Source: Octopus vulgaris
Taxonomy: Eukaryota
Direction: 5' to 3'
Assembly (NCBI GenBank): GCA_951406725.2
Contig: OX597822.1
Location: 91,884,001 to 91,948,000 of the forward strand
DNA length: 64,000 nt
Shown: positions 14,370-28,299 of the stretch, one piece after another
How the letters are laid out: each line of letters starts with the position of its first letter
Numbering within the stretch: the first letter of the stretch is position 1
Notes under the pieces: model-generated
Told to the model about the DNA's origin: nothing
The model's input: the letters and a program-made list of their open reading frames with translations, nothing else
Database searches by the model: none
Position numbers and translations under genes: made by a program

Positions 14370-14688
14370 ACATTTTTTTACATTTGACGGATATTTGTCC
14401 TCATCTTGTTTGTTGTTAACACGTTTCGGCTTCATCAGGTGTTTTGGGGGGAAATTTCGAACCTGGGTTCTCATTCGTAAGGTATTTTTCGATGTTATTA
14501 TTATTGTTGTTGTTGTTATTCAGGTCGCTGCCTGGAATCGAACTCGGAATCTTAAGGTTAGTAGCCCTCGCTCTTAACCACTACGCCATGTGCCCGAAAC
14601 GTTGTGTAAACAACAAACCAGATGAGGACAAATATCCGTCAAATGTAAATAATGTACATAATTCCTCATCTCTTAAATATAGAACTAT
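14370..14688 (-). mobile_element. tRNA-headed, hammerhead-tailed SINE with an inverted extra tail (copy 1)
   Basis: Full unit on minus strand (14590 to 14370); forward tail 14594-14686; TSD AAGGAAA(T/C)TGCT at 14358-14369 and 14689-14700. Confidence 0.8.
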
Positions 14689-15150
14689 AAGGAAACTGCT
14701 GTCAGAAAATATGCTTTACAACCCGCCAGACATGCACACACGAGGAGACAGAGGTACACACACACACACACATGCAAACATAAAAACACACAAACACGAA
14801 CACATACATACATACAAACGTACACACACACATACATATACACACACACACACGCATACACATACCTGCATCCATCCATACATACATACACACACACACA
14901 CACATGCACATACATACATACATACATGCATACATACATGTGTATGCGCACACACACTGACCCACACACATGCGCACAAACAGAAAGAACGCAGCTCGGA
15001 TAACAGAGTCAACGACTATTGAAAAGGTTGCAAGACACAACAAAAATTTTATCAAAAATAAATAAGTAAATGAGTGGAAACTTTACCAGTGAGTGTGTTA
15101 AATGATAAGGCACTAAAAGAGAATGACTCTCCTCAGACACAACACTATGT

Positions 15151-15480
15151 ATACTCTTTACTCTTTTACCTGTTTCAGTCATTTGACTGTGGCCATGCTG
15201 GAGCACCGCCTTTAGTTGAGCAAATTGACCCCAGGACTTATTCTTTTGTAAGCCCAGTACTTATTCTATCGGTCTCTTTTGTCTAACCGCTAAGTAACGG
15301 GGACATAAACACACCAGCATCGGTTGTCAAGCAATGCTAGGGTGACAAACACAGACACACAAACACACACACACACATATATATTCATATACATATATAC
15401 GACGGGCTTCTTTCAGTTTCCGTCTACCAAATTCACTCACAAGGCTTTGGTCGGCCCGAGGTTAGAGTAGAAGACACTTG
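15151..15480 (-). mobile_element. SINE family B, 5'-truncated
   Basis: Matches reverse complement of 42392-42801. Confidence 0.85.
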
Positions 15481-16866
15481 TATGTATGTATTATGTGTGT
15501 GTGTATGTATGTATGACAAAGAAAAAGTAACAGATGATGGATAAATGTCAGTTCATTACAATTGTTCTTTACGCATTTTTTATTTGATGAGTGAGTACAT
15601 TACATCATTGTAAAAACAAAACGTATTCATCAAATGATCCATGTAACTTCAAAACAATAGAAAAATCCCTGTGCGCAATGGGAACGCCTCAATTCGCCAG
15701 CCAAAGCTGGCCTTGAATGGAAGAAAACTGTACCATTATAGGGGTAGAAGTGTGTTAGGAATTTAGTTAGTGAGTGGGTTGAGATTGTATTTCTGGCCAC
15801 CAACCTAGCTAGCAGCTGGTCAGCGTGCAAGTTGGAGACAATTAGGTGGTTCGTTATCAGTGACTAAAGATGAAGTTTAGGTAATAATGTATTCTTTTTA
15901 TGTATATATGTATTCTTTTGTGTTTTTCATCCTGGAATTATAGAGATGAAGTGAAGTCGAAACAAAGGAAATAGAAGCAATTAAGTACAGATGTGAGGGC
16001 AGAATACCCTTGTTTAGGATTTGAAAAGAGGCAGGGGAGAAATATTCAAAATTTAGGTTAAATCAGGAGATAGTGGTTATGGAGGGGTAGGGTCTGATTT
16101 GAACTTGGATTAATTAAGTCTAATAATTTTAGAATGGTAGTATCTTGTGAATGTTTTTTTATTGGTAAGGGAATATAATGTAGGAGGTTAAGTATAAATA
16201 CAAATACATTATTGGCGATATTCAAATATGCTTGTGAGAGGAAGCAGTATGTCCCTTAAAAGTGTTCTTATTATAATTGTAAGTAGTGTGTACAGAAAAA
16301 GCAGGTAATATTATAAGTGTACTACCCTTCATTTACAGTATTGAGAGATTAGAAGATACAAAAAACACAAATTAATAACAGAAAGAAGAGAGCGTACCAG
16401 ATCAGATATAGTAAGCAACGGGGTATCCAGTTATCTAAGTAAATTTTTAGCTTGTTTAATGGTTGTAGTGAATATTATTAGTTAATTTGAATGTATACAT
16501 AGCAATTATGTAAGTTGGTTCAGATGATATGTTTGTTCATTATCATGTGTAGCACGAAATATAGTTACTTGAGGTTACTTACGGACAGAACTTAGTGGAG
16601 AGTGGGAAATCTCTCTGGAGTATACAGGCTGCAATTTTATAGTTTAGATACGATTGGATATCGCAGATCGATAATACAAGGTAAGACTAATTATAAGAGT
16701 CGTTCCTTCAGTCAACACATACTACACAAATAATGTCATCAGAGTACATAGGGATGGAATTAATTGAAAAGTGAGAACAGAGAAGACCTGCCGGAGGATG
16801 ATGGAAATCATGAGAAAAGTTGTGAGATTGAGGTTAGTTAGCAATTGGCTATAAAGTAAGCAAAGG

Positions 16867-18310
16867 TTATGTGATGCTTTTAAAATACTTAAAGGTACGG
16901 GTTACTTCATGGATGCATGAAAGACGAAGGTCCAATTCATTATTGATAACATTTTCACTGTTCATTCCCTTGAAAATTTCGTACAGCTCCATACAGCATA
17001 GTCTACATCCGTAGATACTGCTTGAGTATGGTTTTGCGACTCTAATTATATCCCATTTCAAATCTAATCTAACACTATTATGTTTGAGTTCCCAGATCTT
17101 CATGGCTAAAGAAGTTTTGCCTGCTCTATGTCTTAATTTGAAGGCTGACAAATGGTTGCATTAAGTGTTACTTCAGATTTACAGAGCAGCTTATATAAAC
17201 ACCACAGTACACCTGTAAACTACATTTTCGGCCATACATTCATCAGAAATCGGACATGATTTTCTCTCCAAAGAGTTGTATTAAGTTTTGGTCATGACAC
17301 GATTGTTATCGCGAGTGGGCCTTCCTGTAACAGTACGTCCTATAGGATCGAGGATCCGGGAGTTATTAATGTTCATATAACTACTACTAGGAGTAATAAG
17401 ATCATTATTAAGGCACGTATCATTACTTGCTGTTACTTGCTAAACGCTGAGTGGAGGAATGTGGGTTAACAGCGTCACAAAGGATTATGGTGATACTGCA
17501 GAATGGTTGCCAGTACTATTATTTGTGCACTGTTCAAGGCGGCGAGCTGGCAGAAACGTTAGCACGCCGGGCGAAATGCGTAGCCGCATTTTCGTCTGCA
17601 ATTACGTTCTGAGTTCAAATTTCGCTGAGGTCGACTTTACCTTACATCCTTTCAGGGTCGATTAAATAAGTACCAGTTACGCACTGGGGTCGATGTAATC
17701 GACTTAATCCCTTTGTCTGTCCTTGTTTGTCCCCTCTATGTTTAGCTCCTTGTGGGCAGTAAGGAAACATATTTGTGCACTGTTCATTTACCGTATTTAT
17801 TGCAGGAGGCGACGCGCGTTGTCTTGAATTAAGGCCAGTGGAAGAAGGGTGGGAAAGGAAATGTATGGCAGACTGAGTTAGCTGCTGTCTGAACCATTGG
17901 TACTGCTAATATAAGTTGTAGTAAGCTGACTGATGCTATTATTATTAGAATCACCAACCGGAGGAATCTGTTCAGAGGGGATATTAGTATACTCAATATA
18001 ATTGTTAATTAAGTTGATGGTGTTATGACAATTATTATTATTGTTGGTATCATTAGTTGGTGCAGTGCTATTATGGACATTATGACCAATGCTCTGGGCC
18101 ATGTTTATGCATTTTTTTTGGTTTAGGCCAATCATAATGGTGTCTAGATTAGGGAGGGCTGAATAAGAAACCTTAACATTTTTACTAGAGAACAAACAGT
18201 TATATTTGTGACGGAGGGAAGTTCTTTAATACACCAAATAATTTACTGCATAAGGTAGTGCATATTACGTAATTGAAAGGCGAATTATACCATTCTAGTT
18301 GGGTCACTTG
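16867..18310 (-). mobile_element. Penelope-like element relic (post-RT region and GIY-YIG C-terminal part)
   Basis: WYNSPFN...KNFPP..LFSSKNVKVSYSALPNL; TSLAMKIWELKHN...LKWDIIRVAKPYSSSIYGCRLCCMELYEI. Confidence 0.75.
17538..17769 (+). mobile_element. SINE family A, full length with 17-bp TSD
   Basis: TSD TATTTGTGCACTGTTCA at 17520-17536 and 17770-17786. Confidence 0.9.
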
Positions 18311-18435
18311 GAAAGTCTGAGTTTCCCAGCAACGGAGTTTTGTTTCATGGGTTTTTTTCCAGGTTATTTCGCATGCTTTCAACGAATGTGACATCCAAAT
18401 CACGCGTAAACTGCTCCTTTCCCCGGAAAAGGTCA

Positions 18436-18549
18436 GATTTGGCTGCTATTTCTTGCACGCCATGCTAGCAAATAACAGGTATTTCGAGTCCTTTATCGCA
18501 AATAGCTGTTACGTGGTAGCAGGGCGTGCTAGAAATAGCAACGGAATCT
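18436..18549. mobile_element. Palindromic MITE-like element
   Basis: TGCTATTTCTTGCACGCCATGCTAGC...GGTAGCAGGGCGTGCTAGAAATAGCA, imperfect arms of ~45 bp. Confidence 0.6.
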
Positions 18550-20035
18550 TTGGAGCTGAGATACGTTGAATGCACTCGAAAAAAATTTTGTAATGGTACT
18601 CCCTTGGGGAGATCTTTCGCTTTGACTCCCAGAACTGTCATCCAGATCAGTTGGTTTTGTTCGTTAATTTCCGTAATTTTTTTATTTATTTACTTTTGTT
18701 TTAAAGTGGGAGAGAGGAGAAAGTGAAAGGCGTATAAACGTGTATATGAAATGGACGTTTGTGCGTGCGTAAGAGAGAGTGAGTGCCACTTACACATACA
18801 TGGGAACACACGATCACTCACTCTCTCGCTTTCTCATACACACCCACACACACATGTATATACAAAAAAGATGTACGCATACGTATTGCTGTATGTACGT
18901 TTACATGACAATACACCCCTTCATTCACTCTCTCTCTCTCTCTTTGTCTCTTTCTTCCCCCCTCTGTCTCTTTCGCACACACACGTCCATTTCATATACA
19001 CGTTTCGCTTTCTCCCCTCTTTCACTTTAAAACAAAAGTAAATAAATAAATAAAATTTTTACGGAAATTAACGACTTGAAAATAATTTTAAAATAACATT
19101 AAAATATTGTCTATTTAAAGAAAGCTAAAATACAAATACCTACGGTACAAACAACTTTTTTGAAATCACATCCAGTTAAAAATATTTTTAAATGATTAAA
19201 ATATTGTTTACATCAAAAAGTTGACATTTCTTTTTCTTAAAGAGCGCGAAGTCTATGTGTGTACATGTCACAGATAGCGGACGTGTGTTTGTGTTGATTG
19301 ATATGCCATGACATTCATTATATGTGTGTGTATTCTGACGTCACGAGTAAACACAAAAATAGTGTTTACTCGTTTTCATTAATAAACAGAGGTCCAAATG
19401 TCACAAAAATTTGTACTGTATTACCGAAGGTAAGTATGGAAATTATTATGCAAAAACAAAAAAATAAGATAAAATATACTATTTCTGAGATATTTCGGGT
19501 ACACACAAGCATCCCTAGAGTTCCAGTATTATTACGATTATGTCACTTTATTTCTCATTTTCATCTTTTGTGTCCCCTACCTTTCTTATTCCTATAATTA
19601 GTTCCGAACCTGTGCGATGTACTTTTGTTATTATTTGTGTTATTGCCGTTAAAATCGCTATCCCCTTTACCATTCTCTTTGTTACATATCACTCGCAAGC
19701 TTCTTCTAACATGTGGATTTGTTACTACTTGGACACCATCGCTAGCACAATCACAATTATTATTCTTACTTTTATTTACACTAATCAGGAATTTATAAAG
19801 CTTGCTAATTCCACTCCTGCAGTCTAGGAGGTTAGTATTTCTTCCTTTGTCATTTATGTGTACTTCAAAATCGTTTTTGGGGCAATTTGATCCTACTAAT
19901 AGAGTCACTTGAACTAGTAGGAGCCGATGTAATCCCCTCACCCGGATTTATCATACTTGCCCGGCTATGTATATTGTTATCTTCATTACCTTCAATACAC
20001 CTATCGTTAATATCGATATTATAGTCTTTATTAGT

Positions 20036-23000
20036 TGTGGGATGACGTCAATGGCTGGAGAGCTGACCGGAAGAGGGAGGGCGCATGGGTGATGCGCGCA
20101 CAGGCGGGGGAAGATTGCGCCCTTTTCGACCGGGAAAGCCGTGAGTGCAGGACGTGTCAGTGCTTCGCCAAGATGAGGGAAAGCAGCTGCTATTTTTAGC
20201 GTTTCGAGACGGGCCATATGGAAGGATACGTTACCACCCGACAGGTCTGCGCCAACGAAGAGAAAGTAGGTGTCTTACTTCTAATCTCCCGCATTCGCTA
20301 CAAGCTATTTCGGCGCTCTACATAAGACGTCGCCACGGTGGCAGCTAAAATTAGGACCACCAGCGACGTTATCAGGCCCTTTAATGTTGAGGGCGATGTA
20401 GTGGCCTGGATGCGTAAAATCGGGCTTGTGGAGAGATTGCAAGACATTAGCGACGTGGCAGGCCTTTGGAAGGGAGTGCATTAACTCTATATCTCCTTGA
20501 GCAAGGAGAAGATTAAGCGACGTCTGAGAGAGGCTCACACCGAGTGTGAGTATACAGCCTTTGTTAAGCTGGGAACGATTAGATGGACGGGAGAGCAGGT
20601 AGATGAATACGCGGTGGAGGTGCGTAGGTTGGCCACGCTAGCTGGGTTTACGGGAGAGGGCCTGGACAGACCAGCGTGACTGACGTTCGAGAGTGGGTTC
20701 ACTGAAGACGTAAGGATTCGACTGCAGCTATTGCCTGGGAGCAAAAAGATGGTGCTGAGCGAACTTGTAGCTCAAGCTCGCGTGTTGACGCGAAACACTG
20801 GACAGAAGGCGATAGCGATGGCGGTAACGGAGGTGCATAATGACGAACGACGGCCGGAGAAAGACGCGAAGAAACCTACCGTGCAATGACAGCGGCCGTT
20901 TCCAGGTCGGTGTTTTAAATGTCAGGGGTCGCACATGGCGAGGGAGTGTTCGTAACCTGGGCCCGTTTGCAATCGATGCTGGCAAACAGGGCACATCGCC
21001 CGTGATTGCGACCAGGGAAACGACTCTGGGAAAGTTGCTGCATCTCGAACTTTCCCTGCAAACGAGTAGAGGCGCTTGTGGAGACGCTGCCCGTAATTGA
21101 TGTTGAGGCCGAGGGGAAGACGTTCAAGGTCCTCGTGTCTCCAAGGGTGACGAAGAAATGGAATGAAGCAAGTAGCGTCCGGGCGGTCGACGGCAGCGAA
21201 ATCCGATGCAAGGACAGCAGCAATGTAGAGATAGAGGCGCGACGCTAAGACGGTAATTGTGATCGATCACGTGGTAGACGGAGTTGATGTGGTGATGGGG
21301 ATGAACGCCATCAACCGCCTCAGTGGTGTCAGGATTGCAGGAGATCAGGTCACGTTCGGAAGCGTGGGGGGCGTCATGCACTGTGAGTCAGGATCGCCAG
21401 AGAGAGCAGAGACCCGTGAGGGACTGCGCCGCTTACACCACTGAGGACAAGGATTTTCAAGTGGCGTTCGATAGTCGGCGGGGTGGACGATAGAGTGGCG
21501 ATGGAAAGACGAACCCCCGATACTGAAGAACAGAGTGAGCTGCTACCAGCGTACCCTACGCCAGGGTGGAATTCGAAGACGAGGTAGAGAGATAGATCAA
21601 GGAAAGAGTCCTTATCTCGTGGAAGGAAGAAGTGGTGAGCGGAGTGCTACCTCTGATGGTGGTAGTGCAGCCGACGAAGGGAAAGTCAGACCGGTGCTGG
21701 ACTTTAGAGAACTGAACGACCATATATCGTGCCACACGGGAGGCGAGACGACGGACGTTTGCAGTGAGACGTTACGCGTGTGGAGACAGTCGACCAAGGC
21801 AGCGACGATTGTCGACTTGAAGTCGACGTATTTGCAGCTCCATGTGAGTGACAAACTGTGGTGATATCAGCTGGTGCGGTATAAGGGCCGGACGTACTGT
21901 TTAACCAGGCTGGGTTTCGGACTGAATTCCGCACCGAAAATCATGGCGACGGTGCTCAAGTTCAACTTAGGGAAAGAGGACAAGATAAGAAAGGCCACCA
22001 GTTCCTACATAGATGACATTTTGGTGGACGAGACTGTAGAGCCAGCCACCGAGGTAGCGAGACATCTGGAGAAGTTCGGGCAGATTGCGAAGCCACCGGA
22101 GTCGATGGCGGGGTAGCTACGCTGGGGCTGAAGCTACGAAGAGATATATCGGGTGAGTTGGTGTTCCGGAGAGGAAATGAAATCCCAGAGCTGAGTTCCA
22201 GCGTCAGCAGGAGAGAGCTGTTCTCGGTGTGTGGGAAGTTGGTCAGTCACTACTCGATCGCTGAATGGCTGCGCACAGAGTGAAGTTACACCAATAGACG
22301 AGCCGAGGGGGAAAGTTGGGGCGACACGGTGGGAGAGGAGACGGTGGCGATGATGCGGTCAGGAGGAACTGGTATGTGCCCAAGACAGAATGCGGGACCG
22401 TTTGATGTGATGCTAGCAGTATACCGAGAGAGGTTGTGTTGGAGATCGAAGGCGCTGAGGTGGAGTACGTGTCTTGGCTTTGGAAAGCAGACGACTTTAA
22501 CCACACCAATCTCACCGAAGTAGACGCGGTGCTAAAGGGGGAGAACTTGGCCCTGAAATGGGGTCTGCGCTCAATCGAAATCTGGACGAATTCGGCCACC
22601 GTGCTCGGCTAGGTAGGATCGGTGATCACCAGTGAGAGGAGAGTTCAAACGAAAGGTGCCGCGGAGATGTTGGTGAAGCGCCGCCTAGGAGTTCTAGGAG
22701 AGCTGATTGCCGAGTTCGGACTGATGCTGAACGTGGTTTTCATGCCTTCGGAGCGAAACAGGGCAGACGCACTGACCAGGGTGAAGGGGGCATGGTTGGA
22801 GGAGCCAAAGAAAGGGATAGCTACGGCGTGTCGGTTGGATGACTCCAAACTGAAGAGAATATATACTATGCATCACATAGGGGCGGATAGGACCTTGTAT
22901 CTCGCGAAGATAATTGATGTTGATGTCACTAGGAGAAGCATCCGGAAAGTGGTCGGGAGCTGTGACAGGTGTCAGTTCATTGACCCTGCTCCGTGTGGGC

Positions 23001-23700
23001 ATGAACAAGGAAACCTTTCGGTAGAGCACAACTGGAAGAGACTCGCTGTGGATGTGACGCACTACCGTCAGGGAATATATTCCTCCATGGTCAACTGCGG
23101 CCGGGCCGGATAGCCATTTGGAAGGAGTTGAGGACGGGCCTTGCTGATGAGATTGCGCAGATTTTGAACAGGATATTTTTAGAGAGGGGTCCCGTGAAAG
23201 AACTGCTAATGGTGTTTCGTTCGGAAGCGTTGAGGGATATGCTCGACCGGTGGAAAGTGCGTCGCTTGTTCAGAGCAGCGTATAGGCCGAGCAGTAACGG
23301 AATCGTAGAGAGGCATCATCGGATAATCACGGCCATGGCGGAAAGAGGGCACATTTCGCAGCTGGAAGCAGTTTTCTGGTACAACATGTCTGCCCAATCC
23401 GGACAAGCTGAAGAATCTGTGCCACACAGAGCAGTATTTAAATACGAATGGAGGTTTTCCAGTAAAGTGCCGGAGTTCCACGAGGAAGAGAAATAGGGGA
23501 GGAAGTTTGGGTTAAGCCACCGAAGGTTAGGTCACCGTTCCTCTGCTTAATGGAGCAAAGGAACGGTGACAGCAGTCAATTCCAGAAACAACGTCTCCTT
23601 GGATGGAATGCTGCGTCACGTTTTGAATCTTCGCAGGATTGTCGCTTCGTCGGATGACGATTGCAGAGAGGAGGAGAACGAGGTGCGTTGCTTGAAGAGA
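20036..23700 (+). mobile_element. Gypsy/Ty3 LTR retrotransposon, pseudogenised gag-pol, 3' LTR not found
   Basis: Two CCHC knuckles (CFKCQGSHMAREC, CNRCWQTGHIARDC); RT VRPVLDFRELN / DLKSTYLQL / LGFGLNSAP / YIDDI; RNase H; integrase HHCC and AYRPSSNGIVERHH. Confidence 0.9.
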
Positions 23701-23744
23701 TTTTTTTTTAGGAGTTTTTTTTTTTTTTTTGTTCTGGTGGTATG

Positions 23745-24005
23745 CTCCCCTCCCTTCCGGACCAAAATATGGGATTTGCAGCATATTACGAGGTCAGGGT
23801 ACTTGATTCCACGCAAAAAATCCTTTTTTTTCTCTTTTAGTGAAAATTCCGGGGGAGAGGTATACCCCCTTCCGGACCAAAATATGGGGTTTGCCGTATA
23901 TTACGAGGCCAGGGTGCTTGATTCCACACAAAAAATCCGAGTTTTTTTTTTTCTTAGTGAAAATAGTGCGGGTGTTAATCGAAAATTTTACCAGGTGCGA
24001 AACTG
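23745..24005 (+). repeat. Two ~120-bp tandem subterminal-type units of a DNA transposon family
   Basis: CCCTTCCGGACCAAAATATGGG...TATTACGAGG..AGGGT.CTTGATTCCAC...TTAGTGAAAAT twice; related motif at 12910-13015. Confidence 0.7.
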
Positions 24006-24358
24006 CATCAGTCCCCTTTCTTTACACATATTTTAAGATGACATTTTGCAGAAATACATTTTATAGCGTGTGGATTACATTAGATTGAAAAATCAAAGAA
24101 CTTTGAAAACATAATAATAAACATAATAATAAACAAAGTGGTAACGATATCTGGACAAAAAAAAAAACCCCAACATTTTATTGTTTGTGTGAAACAAGTC
24201 AAGGTGTATTAAAACAATATATTTTACATACCTACTAAAATGACTGGATATATATAGATCCCAGGATATATAAGACCTAAGCTGCAAAACAATTTTGTCC
24301 TTTAGCAATTTTTCGCGCCGAAATTTTAAGCGGGTAACAAGTACTCTTCGATTTCTTG

Positions 24359-24394
<36 letters not shown>

Positions 24395-24654
24395 AAGTGA
24401 GTAAAGGTGTGTTTTGTCATTTACGTATTGGGGGGGGGGGGGCTGTACAATATATATCCTATTTATGCACATTTTCAAATAATTTCAGGGAGGTGGGGTT
24501 CTAGCTTCCTACCCCATCCTTTTTTATGAAGAAAATTAAGGGGTTTGCGGCAGATTAGGAGGCAAGAATAGGTGATTTACACGCGAGAAATCCGAGGGCT
24601 TTTTTTTTTGTGAACTGCGTAGAGGTGCACTCGTAAATATTTATCCAAATTGTT

Positions 24655-25650
24655 TCATAAATATGGTGTTGAATATAGTTTCATGATAGACAAAGTTAAG
24701 AGTGATTGAACATCAAAAACCAATTCTTCCAAGTCCTCAGGAACACGGGCGTTTTCCAGCGTCGCTGAGTTGGCCCGTATAAAAAGTAACCTAGCGACAT
24801 ATTGTTTGTGATACTTCGGTCTCATTTCGGGACGAACAATGCACTTTTTCAGGCTTTTCCATAAACGCTCAATATTCTGTGTGTGAATAGCTGGGCTATG
24901 GGGATCCACAAAGTGTTTAGAGTGATTAACCTGATAGTGTGTATAGCCCATGCTCCTCAAGTAACTATACGCATGCCAACAGTCACTATAGATTATTGAT
25001 CGCGGCCTGACGTAGCGTCTAATGATAGGAACAAGGGTGTCAGCATCCCTTCCGTTGCCCTCGTCGCATTCGGTCAAAAGTGGGACCATAAATGATCTCT
25101 TCGTCAAGCGTTCCAGTCCACCAAAAAGCCAAACCGTTTTGATTATTCTGCCGCGTTGATATTTTCGATGGACTAGAACCCTTTCATCGATCTCAATTTC
25201 AACCCCATCTCCTCCAATCATATTTTGGTTGTTTTCTGCCCAAAACTGGCAGACCTCAGCACAGAAAGACCGCCAATCTACAGATGTTTTACGGGAGAAT
25301 CCGAGATTTTCCTCGATTAATCTGTGCGACCAAGCTGTGCTGAGGAAGTAATTTACGAAAAGCAATATTTCCCAAGGCGGAACATGGGTGTTTTCCAGAA
25401 AGGAATTCTACAATAAAGATTCAGAATATCCACACTCCCTTCTGGATTGACGACGTCGTCGTACCATCCTACATCAACGCCACATGTTCATTTCCTCGCG
25501 CAAAATACATGGAAAATATCATGTCGGACAATTGTGGGTAAACGGCAGGATATCGTGTTCCATGAAAAATGTAATGGCAGTATTATTTTTACCGTGCAAA
25601 CGGGGAACTCCTTCATATAGAGTAATATCGCAACAGTTGCATAGAGCCAT
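24655..25650 (-). pseudogene. Merlin / IS1595 (ISXO2-like) DDE transposase A
   Basis: GGDGVEIEIDE, WLFGGLER, IIYSDCWHAY, HYQVNHSKHFVDP, HTQNIERLW; in-frame ATG at 25650, N-terminal Cys region with 3 stops. Confidence 0.85.
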
Positions 25651-26558
25651 GGGTGATCTTTGGATATAAGAACCGTGTTTACTACTTCTTAAAAGCACGT
25701 GTATTTGTTTGTCTTTGAAGAAGATCGTCGGTTTCCGTTAAAAAAAATTTTTTTTTACATATGTGGGGTGGAGGGAAAGGGGATGTTCTCAAGTCGGTGT
25801 AAAAGCAAGAAACAGAGAATGCGATTGGATCAGGAAAGTTCTCTTGAAGTTGGCGTGCAGAGGGCGTGTGTGTTTGATGGGGTATGCGAGATAGAAAGTG
25901 TGGTGTGTATGTGAAGTTCTTTTGTTAGTGTGCGTGAAGAGACAGAGAGAGCAATAGTGCTGGTGGGTGTATGTGTGTGTGTGTGTAAGAGAGAGAGAGA
26001 GAGAAAGAGATTATCTATGTATGTATGAATGGCTTCAGTGACACACATATACATACATACATACACACATATATACATACATACATGTATAAGTGAATGT
26101 ATAATAGAAATGTGTTACAAAAAGAAAATAGAAACTACACGTGGAAATGTAAGGGAAAAGTATGAAGAAAAAAAGTGAAAATGTACATTGGAAAAGTAAC
26201 AATAGATATATGCAATTAGATGAACCGAGGTAGGAATAAAAGTAATAAAAGTCATTATTGTGAATTGTTAATGTGATTTAAAAGCATACAGGTTTCGAAA
26301 AATTATTAATCATTGCTTTGAATGCACGCCGATTACTGAACGGTGTCAGGTCTACTAGTCCCTGAGTAAAAAGAATATCAGTAAGGGGGTAAGTAGTTCT
26401 GGATTTGGAGCCATTAGGGTTGATATAGATCTGTAATGTGAATAGTGTATGGGATGTATGGGGGTTAGTGGTATTAATTGAAAGGTTAGTAGTGTTCTGT
26501 ATTATGTTATGTATTCATATTGAGTTGTGGAATATATTTATTGATGAAAGTTGCCTCT

Positions 26559-26763
26559 TTATTCATTCTTTGTTGTACTGAGGTGTTCTGTGAACATTGA
26601 TAGAAGGGGAAAATTAGGATTAAGATTTCTAGCATACCTTTCTATGTATTCACTGATCTGTATCTGTCTGTATTGTGGGTGATGGATTTGTTCTTTGTGG
26701 AGAGTCGTTCTTCGACGGAGTGATATTCCTGTTTGGCCAATATAATTATTACCACACCCTAAG
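26559..26763 (-). mobile_element. Penelope-like GIY-YIG endonuclease fragment
   Basis: CLGCGNNYIGQTGISLRRRTTLHKEQI. Confidence 0.75.
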
Positions 26764-26765
26764 CA

Positions 26766-27134
26766 TACTCTCTTTACTCTTTTACTTGTTTCAGTCATTT
26801 GACTGCGGCCATGCTGGAGCACCGCCTTTAGTCGAGCAAATTGACCCCGAGACTTATTCTTTGTAAGCCTAGTACTTATTATATTGCTCTCTTTTGCTGA
26901 ACTGCTAAGTGACGGGGACATAAATACACCAGCATCGGTTGTCAAGCAATGCTAGGGAGACAAACACAGACACACACGTGTATATACATATATACGACGG
27001 GCTTCTTTCAGTTTCAGTCTACCAAATCCATTCACAAGGCTTTGGTCGTCCCGAGGCTATAGTAGAAGACACTTGCCCAAGATGCCATGTGGTTGGTAAG
27101 CAAATTACTTACCACACAGCCACTCCTGCGCCTA
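26766..27134 (-). mobile_element. SINE family B
   Basis: Matches 42392-42801. Confidence 0.85.
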
Positions 27135-27158
27135 TAAGCATGTATATATGAATGTATG

Positions 27159-27202
<44 letters not shown>

Positions 27203-28299
27203 ATATATAAACGTGTGTGTATCTATATATATATAATACATATATAGATGTGTTTATATATATATATATATCGATGTATATATAATACGTATATAAATGT
27301 ATGTATATATACATATGTGTGTATATATATATATACATCTACGTTTATATATATATATATATATGTACATATGTATTATGTATGCATATATATATATATA
27401 TATACACACATACATTTATCGATATATATATATATATATATAGTTATACATACATACATACGTAACCTCTAAATTTTTGTAATTCAAATATGTCAATGAA
27501 AGTTTAGTTATTAGTGGAAATAGTACTGAATCTTTTGCTACTCCATACATGAAAATCGACAACTCGATTTTGGAATGCATAAAGAACATATGCATCCTGA
27601 AAAACTCCAAAACTGATCGACGCACCCCTCCCTACTCAACAATAATGGGTGCACGAGCGCAACAGTCTCTACAGCTCACAAAAAATGAACGACTAAAACA
27701 AGTGAAACAGCATGTTATACATACCTGCTGACATCGGTATTGTTTTTTTTTTTTGCTTTAAAGTTAAGTGATTCTCGTAGAAGCAAACACGATATTGAAT
27801 AATTCTCCGTCATACGTTTACTAAAAACTTTAGCATACTTCCAAAATGGGACTTCATCTAAGTCTATCTACGTGCGTGTGTGTAGATGTGTGTGTGTGTG
27901 TGTGTGTGTGTGTGACAACTATCCTATTAGCAACTATCATCATCTTCTTCACAACAAGAAGCAGCTGTTGCTATGCTTCTGATTGTATAGGTGTGGATGT
28001 GTATGTGTGTGTGTGTGTGTGGGGGATTCTTTTACAAGATAAATTAATTTTGGCGGTAAGGTAAGGACTGAATTCATGGTTTCATTATCACAATTAAAAA
28101 TAAATTCGAAGGATTAACATTGCACAAGTTCATACATTATTTCCGTAAACTCTAATTGAAATCAAGAAGCTACCACAACCATCCCATCAGCAACAATCAT
28201 CATCATCATCTTCACAATATTTGTATCCTTTAAAAAAAGCAGTTGTTGCTATTTTTTAAAATTCATTTTACATTGTGTACACCCAGATTGGAACTTTTA

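Noticed and set aside
24655-25365. Bacterial IS1595 contamination or recent bacterial transfer
   Set aside because: Embedded among eukaryotic SINEs and microsatellites; eukaryotic Merlin elements are established relatives of IS1595
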